Below, one piece after another: positions 36,850 to 43,878 of a stretch of DNA of 64,000 bases. Below the pieces are notes generated by a model that saw only the letters and a program-made list of their open reading frames with translations, was not told the origin of the DNA and did no database searches. The DNA comes from Nitrospirota bacterium (lineage in GTDB: Bacteria > Nitrospirota > UBA9217). How positions within the stretch are numbered: position 1 is the first letter of the stretch; every line of letters begins with the position of its first letter. The stretch is taken from contig CAWIYV010000007.1 of NCBI GenBank assembly GCA_963840455.1, positions 160,001-224,000 of the forward strand, read 5' to 3'. The position numbers and the translations under genes are program-made.

Positions 36850-39503
36850 TGAATTCCAAATCAACCAGTAAACATAATCCATGGAACGGTACGGGCCGTG
36901 ATCCGCGGTTCCCCGAAATAATCACCGCCTCCCGCGCCGACCTCGTGTCCGGCGCTCCGAACGCCCGGGAAAAATCAGCCGAGGAGGGCGGTTGCGGCGT
37001 GGTAGGTTTCGCGGCCACCGTACCGGTACGGGGACGCCATATCTTCGAGCCTTCTATGCAGATGCATAATCGGGGCAACGGCAAAGGCGGCGGGATCGCC
37101 GCCGCGTCTCTGCAACCCGAGGACCTCGGGGTGGACGAGGCAACGCTGAAGAACGATTACATCCTTCAGATCGCGCTGATCGATCCGGCGGCAGAGCGGG
37201 AAGTGGAGGAGTTCGGCATCGCTCCCTGGCTCGAGGTGCAGCACAAGACCCGCATTCATCCGGTTGCAGACCATCGGGACGTCGGGCTGGAAGTGAAGCC
37301 GCCGGACATCGTGCGATACTTTGTGCGTGTCAAGGACAACGCGCTCACTCGATTTGCCAAGGAGCATGGGTTGGGCAAATCGGACCGCCGTCTGGTTGAG
37401 GATGAGTTCATTTTCCGCAACAGCTTTCAGATCAACCGCCGGTTCTACGCTTCCCTGGGAGACAAACGCGCCTTTGTGCTCTCCCACGCGCGCGATCTGC
37501 TCATATTCAAGATCGTGGGGTATGCCGAGCAGGTCGTGAAGTATTACGGCCTCACCGATATGCGCGCCAAGATCTGGATCGCCCATCAGCGCTATCCTAC
37601 TAAAGGCAGGGTGTGGCATCCTGCGGGCGCGCATCCGTTCATCGGAATGAATGAGGCGCTGGTCCATAACGGCGACTTTGCAAACTACTTCGGCGTGACC
37701 GAATACCTGCGGCAGCGCAACCTCGTGCCACAATTTCTGACCGACACGGAGGTCTCGGTCCTCCTGTTCGATCTGCTGACCCGCGTTTATGGGTATCCGC
37801 TGGAGTATGTCATCGAGGCGATGGCTCCCACCACCGAGATCGACTTCGACGCACTCCCCACAGGCAAGAAGAAGATCTACCGGGCCATTCAGGCCCAGCA
37901 TATGCACGGATCGCCCGACGGCCCCTGGTTCTTCATCATCGCGCGCAGCGATCCGGACCAGTGCCAATACCAGCTTCTGGGGATCACTGACACCTCCATG
38001 CTCAGACCGCAGGTGTTCGCCATCCAGGAGGGGGATGTTTCCATCGGCCTGATCGGTTCCGAGAAACAGGCCATCGACGCCACGCTGCAGTCCCTTGCCG
38101 AGGAAGATGCGCGGTTCCGCCATGTCGCCGACCGATACTGGAACGCCCGGGGTGGCAGCTACACCGACGGCGGCGCCTTCGTCTTCACGGTAAATACGTC
38201 TGGCAACAATACGACACTTGCCTGCGCTGACAAGTTCGGCAAGCCCATCAGCGCGCCTGCCGGGCAGTGGAGGATCAATCCTGACCGGAAGGTGGCGATC
38301 GCGGACAAATGGAGCGCCCGGATCACCAACGGCCTCTCCGCTGCCGCCGCTCAAGAGTTGTTCGGCGACCTTACGGCTGAGTTCCTTTCCTGGGACCTTG
38401 ATCAGATTCGTGTGGCGATCGATAAGATATACACGGCTGCTGCGGTTGATGACCGGAGCTTCGAGACCGCATTGCAGGTGCTTACGTTATTGCAGGACCG
38501 TCGCTACGATTGTGGTCCCAATAAAAGAAGCGCGATTCTCCACCTTCTTCAAAACGGGGTAAGCAGGCTTCTTGACTCGGTTCCGTCGATAACAAAACGT
38601 GACCCGGGCCGATATCAACGGGTGGACTTCTCCACACGCGATCAACTCGGTGCGCCGCAACGAGAAGAGGGGACGCTGGTGGTCTATAGCCGGGATTTCC
38701 CGCCCGAAGGAGACGATTGCGATGCTCTGCTGATGGCCCAGGCCTTTCGGCAGGGCTGGAAACGGTTCATCGTATACGGGCTAAAGGGACAGCGGTTCAC
38801 CGGGTGCAGCTTCGGGCCTGCGACCGACGGCGTCCGCATCGACGTGTATGGCAGTTCCGGCGACTATCTCGCATCCGGGATCGATGGCATGGAGGTCCAG
38901 GTCCACGGCAACGGCCAGGACCAGCTCGGTCAGATACTCAAGCGCGGTACGCTTGTGGTTCACGGCGATGTGGGACAGGCATTCATGTATGGCGCCAAGG
39001 GCGGTGAGATATTCATCATGGGTAATGCAGCAGGGCGTCCCCTCATTAATGCGGCAGGCCGTCCGCGCGTGATCATCAATGGTACCTGCCTGGATTTTCT
39101 CGCGGAATCCTTCATGGCCGGTGATCCGCACCAGGGCGGTGGGTTCGTCGTATTGAACGGCGTTGAATTCGACGACAGGGGCGTGGTCCGCGACCAGAAA
39201 GCGCCCTATCCCGGATCAAACCTTTTTTCGCTCGCTTCCGGCGGCGCGATCTTCGTACGCGATCCCCACCATACGATCGGCAGGGAAAAGCTGAACGGCG
39301 CTGAGTTCGCCGAGATGTCCGTGGAGGATTGGCAGCTCATTCAACCGTATCTTCAGGCAAATGAGCGCCACTTCGGCATTTCGATCGAACGGGATTTGCT
39401 GATGGTTGACGGCAAAACCAGTTCACCTCAATCGGTGTACCGGAAAGTGCGTCCGGTGAAAACGGCGGCGCTTGCCAAAAAGGTGGAAGAATCTGATGAA
39501 TAG
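36849..39503 (+). CDS. Glutamate synthase class II amidotransferase + GXGXG domain fusion (GltB1+GltB3)
   Basis: EEGG-CGVVG (Ntn Cys after a 48-aa propeptide), HNRGNGKGGGI, AHQRYPT, AHPF, VHNGD, TDTE; C-terminal GSSGDY..GNGQDQ..GDVGQAFMYG beta-helix. Confidence 0.85.
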   Translation: MNSKSTSKHNPWNGTGRDPRFPEIITASRADLVSGAPNAREKSAEEGGCGVVGFAATVPVRGRHIFEPSMQMHNRGNGKGGGIAAASLQPEDLGVDEATLKNDYILQIALIDPAAEREVEEFGIAPWLEVQHKTRIHPVADHRDVGLEVKPPDIVRYFVRVKDNALTRFAKEHGLGKSDRRLVEDEFIFRNSFQINRRFYASLGDKRAFVLSHARDLLIFKIVGYAEQVVKYYGLTDMRAKIWIAHQRYPTKGRVWHPAGAHPFIGMNEALVHNGDFANYFGVTEYLRQRNLVPQFLTDTEVSVLLFDLLTRVYGYPLEYVIEAMAPTTEIDFDALPTGKKKIYRAIQAQHMHGSPDGPWFFIIARSDPDQCQYQLLGITDTSMLRPQVFAIQEGDVSIGLIGSEKQAIDATLQSLAEEDARFRHVADRYWNARGGSYTDGGAFVFTVNTSGNNTTLACADKFGKPISAPAGQWRINPDRKVAIADKWSARITNGLSAAAAQELFGDLTAEFLSWDLDQIRVAIDKIYTAAAVDDRSFETALQVLTLLQDRRYDCGPNKRSAILHLLQNGVSRLLDSVPSITKRDPGRYQRVDFSTRDQLGAPQREEGTLVVYSRDFPPEGDDCDALLMAQAFRQGWKRFIVYGLKGQRFTGCSFGPATDGVRIDVYGSSGDYLASGIDGMEVQVHGNGQDQLGQILKRGTLVVHGDVGQAFMYGAKGGEIFIMGNAAGRPLINAAGRPRVIINGTCLDFLAESFMAGDPHQGGGFVVLNGVEFDDRGVVRDQKAPYPGSNLFSLASGGAIFVRDPHHTIGREKLNGAEFAEMSVEDWQLIQPYLQANERHFGISIERDLLMVDGKTSSPQSVYRKVRPVKTAALAKKVEESDE

Positions 39504-39639
39504 GCGCGCCCCTCAGACCACAGCGCAATGTCCTGCGTTGTCATCTCTTCCTTAGATACAACATTCATTTTCTGTTTCGCCACATGCAATGACATAAGTC
39601 CATCGGACTTCCGAAAGGAACTTTTTGAGGAACAGTATC

Positions 39640-40656
39640 ATGAGCAAGACGCTTCATGCGATCCTCTCTATTCTTGACAAGCATCCGACCGTGGTCGGTT
39701 CTCGGGAGATCTCGCGGCAGTTGAAGCTGCGCGGCGTGGAGATCACCGAACGGACGGTCCGGTATTATCTGAAAATGCTTGATAAGAAAGGCTATACGGA
39801 AGTATTTGGCAAGGAAGGCCGAAAGATCACCGCCGCCGGAAGGGAAGAGCTCAAACACTCCCTCGTTTCCGACAAGATCGGATTTGTGATCAGCAAAATT
39901 GAAACGCTCTCGTACATGACCACCCTGGACATGGCGACCATGGAAGGCGATGTGATCCTGAACATCTCGTATTTTCCGCGAAAGCACCTTCGTCAGGCGC
40001 TGCGATTGCTCAAACCCGCCTTCTCGTCACCTTATGTGATGAGCGATCGGGTGATCCTTGCACCCGAGGGGGAGAAGATCGGGGATGTAGTCGTTCCCAA
40101 AGGAATGGTGGGGTTGGGCACGATCTGCAGTGTGACGATCAACGGTATATTTCTTAAGGCGGGCATTCCCGTCGCCTCGCGGTTTGGCGGGGTCGTGGAG
40201 ACCGCGAATGGCAAACCCCTGCGGTTCGTTTCCCTGATCAGCTATGACGGATCATCCCTCGATCCTCTCGAAGTGTTCATCAAGAGCAAGATGACCGCAG
40301 TCTCCAAGGCCGTGGCTGACGGCCGCGGCAGGATACTCGCCAGTTATCGGGAGATCCCCGTGGTATGTCTGGACAAGGCAAAAAAGCTCGCCCGCACCCT
40401 GGAAGATCGGGGCATACGCGGCATTCTGCTTATCGGCAGTCCGAACAAACCCCTTCTGGAAGTACCGGTCGGGATCGACCGGGCCGGCATCGTGATCGTC
40501 GGCGGACTCAATCCGGTGGCCGTCCTGGAGGAGCACGGGATCACAACGGAGAGCAAGGCCATGTCGACCCTCTTCGAATATTCCCGCTTGATGCCGTTCA
40601 AGGGCATCATGCGCTCTGCGCTCTCTCTTGCGAGGACTCTTTCCTGCGCTGCATAG
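39640..40656 (+). CDS. nrpR: NrpR-family nitrogen repressor, copy 2
   Basis: Near-identical to 30277..31269 except at both termini. Confidence 0.85.
   Translation: MSKTLHAILSILDKHPTVVGSREISRQLKLRGVEITERTVRYYLKMLDKKGYTEVFGKEGRKITAAGREELKHSLVSDKIGFVISKIETLSYMTTLDMATMEGDVILNISYFPRKHLRQALRLLKPAFSSPYVMSDRVILAPEGEKIGDVVVPKGMVGLGTICSVTINGIFLKAGIPVASRFGGVVETANGKPLRFVSLISYDGSSLDPLEVFIKSKMTAVSKAVADGRGRILASYREIPVVCLDKAKKLARTLEDRGIRGILLIGSPNKPLLEVPVGIDRAGIVIVGGLNPVAVLEEHGITTESKAMSTLFEYSRLMPFKGIMRSALSLARTLSCAA
39696..40580 (+). repeat. 885-bp direct repeat (nrpR core), copy 2
   Basis: Offset 9363 bp from copy 1. Confidence 0.92.
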
Positions 40657-40718
40657 CCACTGCCGCCCCATAACGATCGCAACGGCAACAATTTCGACCA
40701 CTCTAGCCCAATTTTCGC

Positions 40719-40782
40719 TTGACAGTTGAGCTTAACCCGGTGTATTGTACTCATCCGAAATCGCACGGCAATGCATTGCCGT
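40719..40782 (+). promoter_or_regulatory. sigma70 promoter plus putative NrpR operator (site 3)
   Basis: TTGACA-18-TATTGT, then perfect 18-bp palindrome ACGGCAATGCATTGCCGT at 40765..40782. Confidence 0.7.
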
Positions 40783-40784
40783 CG

Positions 40785-40812
40785 AAAAGCCCCTTTAAAA
40801 GGGGCTTTTTTT
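40785..40812 (+). terminator. Terminator-like hairpin in the leader of the third glt operon
   Basis: AAAAGCCCCT-TTAAA-AGGGGCTTTTTT. Confidence 0.65.
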
Positions 40813-41051
40813 GCAGTTGTTTGGGGACATAAACCACTGGCCCTTTGTTCGCCTGGAGAGGGTTGTTCTCGCCGGTAGTCCGGGCCCCCCCGATGAACAG
40901 AACTTGGCCATAGCTAACACACCAAATCCGATACATCCAGTCTATAATATGATGGTAGACTGGCTGGGTATCGCATGCTGATATTTGCATTTGGCTACAC
41001 ACCCGGGTGTTTTCTCCAAACATTACCGGCTGTAAGAAGAGGAGCAACAGT

Positions 41052-42161
41052 ATGTGCCGTTTGAGCGCGATCACGTCGGGCGATTATTTCTCCCCCATGG
41101 AGAACATCCTGGCTCTGGAGACCATGAAGGAAGGACACGACGGGTCCGGTCTCGGCCTGATGCTGAAGGACTTGGGCGGCCCCTTTGCGGAGTTCAAGGG
41201 GTATCCGGTCCTGTCCGTCGTCTGCTCCAACAAGGGACTCCTGTTCCTGGACGAATACATGAAGGCGCAGGGGTTCAAGGAAAAGTTCACCTGGGCGCCT
41301 ACTATCAAGAACGTACGGGGCATCGAACGACGGGAGCACTATCTCGCAAAGGTGTACGATTATCCTGAGAGCTACCGGGACAAACCGATGCGTGAGCAAG
41401 AGGACCTGCTGATGAATACGCGGCTGTCCCTCCGGAAGGTGGGTGAGCCCGATGAGTCCATCTTCGCCTTTTCGTTCTATCCCGATGTTCTCACCCTGAA
41501 GGAAGTAGGAGATCCGCTCCATGTCGGCGAGTTCTTCGGACTGGACACATCAGACATTTCGGCAAAGATCGTTTTAGCCCAGGGCCGGCAGAACACGAAC
41601 TATGCCATCTATCTCTACTCGTGCCATCCTTTCTTCATCCAGGGTTACGGCACCATGACGAATGGCGAGAATACCGCCTTCGTGCCCATCCGGGAGTTCC
41701 TGATGGGGCGCGGCAATCCCGGCTACATGGGGTACAACTCGGATTCCGAGGTCTTCACGCACATCCTGCACTATACGAACAGGACCCTCGGCTATCCGAT
41801 GCACTACTATAAGGATGTCATCACGCCGCTGAAAGAAAGCGAGATCGAGAAAAGGTCCGACGCAGCGGCGCTCCGTCTGCTCAAGAAGTCGCTCCGGCCG
41901 CTCTGTATCGACGGGCCCAACTGCGTCATCGGGTTCACGCCCGATGGATCGTGCTTCATGGTCCACGACGCGAAGAAGCTGCGGCCCGGCGCGGTAGGCG
42001 GGAAACCCGGCAAGTACGCGCTCATGTCCGAGGTGTGCGGTGTGGACCGGGCGGTCCCGAACCGGGACAAGGCCACGGACATCTTCCCGATGAAGTACGA
42101 CATGGTCATCATCGCGCCCGGCGCGCGGGAGGTCAAGGTATGGAATCAGCTGCACGGTTAG
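41052..42161 (+). CDS. Glutamate synthase class II glutamine amidotransferase subunit
   Basis: M-C-RL start (Cys2 nucleophile), GHDGSGLG, QGRQNT, CHPF, TNGE, NSDSE, DGP. Confidence 0.85.
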   Translation: MCRLSAITSGDYFSPMENILALETMKEGHDGSGLGLMLKDLGGPFAEFKGYPVLSVVCSNKGLLFLDEYMKAQGFKEKFTWAPTIKNVRGIERREHYLAKVYDYPESYRDKPMREQEDLLMNTRLSLRKVGEPDESIFAFSFYPDVLTLKEVGDPLHVGEFFGLDTSDISAKIVLAQGRQNTNYAIYLYSCHPFFIQGYGTMTNGENTAFVPIREFLMGRGNPGYMGYNSDSEVFTHILHYTNRTLGYPMHYYKDVITPLKESEIEKRSDAAALRLLKKSLRPLCIDGPNCVIGFTPDGSCFMVHDAKKLRPGAVGGKPGKYALMSEVCGVDRAVPNRDKATDIFPMKYDMVIIAPGAREVKVWNQLHG

Positions 42162-43795
42162 ATCAGAACCATCAGCTCACGCTGAAGGAATTCCCCTATA
42201 TCATCCAGTGGCGCGAGGACCGGTGCACCCGCTGCGGCCGCTGCACGGCCGTCTGCCCCATGAAGTCAATCGAACCGGCCGTGCAGGTTCAGCGCCTCGT
42301 GCGCTCCGAGGGCGACAACCCATCGCCCAAGATATCGCGTACCGTCTCCCACGTGGTGAAGCAGGTCACGGACATCGAACGCTACTGCATCGGCTGCGGG
42401 TCCTGCACGCTCGTCTGCCCGACCGATGCCATCTTCCCGGAGTACAACTTCCAGCACAAGTTCTACCACTTCAAGAACAAGGGCGGCATCCCGTACATGC
42501 GGGGCGGCCGGCGGAACGACCCTTCGGTCTCGACGCTCGACAAGCTCAAGTTCACCCGGATCTCCATGCTCACCGACCCGGCGCTCGACGCGGGGCGGCA
42601 CGAGTTCCGCATCCGCACGCTCCTGGGCAGGAACCTCCCGGCTGAGCAGCTTCCCCTCAGGGTGTCGGGCGAAACGCTCAGCATCGGCGATGGTACCTTC
42701 ATCCCGCCGGTCCGCGAGATATATCCCATCCGCATCGGCAGCATGTCCATCGGCGCGCTCTCGCCCCACATGTGGGAGGGGCTCGCCATGGGGATCACGT
42801 ACCTGAACGAGGTCGAGGGCCTGCCGGTGGTGATGTGCTCCGGCGAGGGCGGCATGCCGCCCTCCCTCTTGAAATCGCGCTACATGAAGTACTTCATCCT
42901 CCAGATCGCGTCGGGCTATTTCGGATGGGATGAGATCATTCGGGCGCTGCCAGACATGATCGAGGATCCCTGCGCCATAGAGATCAAGTACGGGCAGGGC
43001 GCGAAGCCCGGCGACGGCGGGCTGCTCCAGGCGTACAAGGTGCTGGGGCTCATTGCCAAGATCCGGGGCGTACCGCAGTTCGTTGACCTGTCTTCACCGC
43101 CCACTCACCAGACGCAATACTCCATCGAGGAATCGGTCGCTAAAATGATACAGTCCATGTCAATGGCTTGGGGTTTCCGTGTGCCTGTGTATCCCAAGAT
43201 TTCGGGCAGCAAAACAGCGCGGGCAGTGCTTAATAATCTCGCGCGGAACCCTTATGCGGCAGCGCTCTGCATTGATGGCGAGGACGGCGGCACGGGCGCG
43301 GCCTACAATGTATCCATGGACAAGATGGGGCATCCCATCGCGTCGAACATCCGCGATTGCTACCTGGACCTGGTGAAGCAGGGCAAGCAGAACGAGCTGC
43401 CGCTCATCGCTGCGGGCGGCGTGGGCAAGGGCGGGAACCTCGCGGCGAATGCCGCTGCGCTCATCATGCTGGGAGCATCGGCGGTGGACATCGGAAAGTA
43501 CATCATGCAGACCGCGGCAGGCTGCTTCGGCGATGAGCATAACCGCTGCAACGTCTGCAACCTCGGCAGGTGCCCGCGCGGCATAACGACGCAGGACCCC
43601 AAGCTCTACCGCAGGCTCGATCCCGACAAGGTCGCCGAGCGCGTGGTGGAGGTCTTCAAGGCGGCCGACGTGGAGCTCAAGAAGATCTTCGCGCCGCTGG
43701 GCAGGAGCACCGAGCTTCCCATCGGCATGTCCGACGCGCTCGGTGTGGGGGACAAGGACATCGCGGATAGGCTGTCGATCAGCTACGTTTGTTAA
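42140..43795 (+). CDS. Glutamate synthase FMN/Fe-S subunit
   Basis: CTRCGRCTAVCP and CIGCGSCTLVCP; GSMSIGALS, SGEGG, QIASGYFG, IKYGQGAKPGDGG, DGEDGGTGAA, CNVCNLGRCPRGITTQDP. Confidence 0.88.
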   Translation: MESAARLDQNHQLTLKEFPYIIQWREDRCTRCGRCTAVCPMKSIEPAVQVQRLVRSEGDNPSPKISRTVSHVVKQVTDIERYCIGCGSCTLVCPTDAIFPEYNFQHKFYHFKNKGGIPYMRGGRRNDPSVSTLDKLKFTRISMLTDPALDAGRHEFRIRTLLGRNLPAEQLPLRVSGETLSIGDGTFIPPVREIYPIRIGSMSIGALSPHMWEGLAMGITYLNEVEGLPVVMCSGEGGMPPSLLKSRYMKYFILQIASGYFGWDEIIRALPDMIEDPCAIEIKYGQGAKPGDGGLLQAYKVLGLIAKIRGVPQFVDLSSPPTHQTQYSIEESVAKMIQSMSMAWGFRVPVYPKISGSKTARAVLNNLARNPYAAALCIDGEDGGTGAAYNVSMDKMGHPIASNIRDCYLDLVKQGKQNELPLIAAGGVGKGGNLAANAAALIMLGASAVDIGKYIMQTAAGCFGDEHNRCNVCNLGRCPRGITTQDPKLYRRLDPDKVAERVVEVFKAADVELKKIFAPLGRSTELPIGMSDALGVGDKDIADRLSISYVC

Positions 43796-43800
43796 CGGAC

Positions 43801-43870
43801 GGAGCCAGGAGTCAGGAATCGAGAGAAAATCGATTTTCTTCTGGCTTCTGGCTCCTGACTTCCTATTCTG
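43801..43870. repeat. Intergenic inverted array of 7-bp units (GGAGTCA/TGACTCC)
   Basis: GGAGCCAGGAGTCAGGA ... TTCTGGCTTCTGGCTCCTGACTTCC; relatives at 53105..53247 and 6060..6135. Confidence 0.65.
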
Positions 43871-43878
43871 AGGTATAC

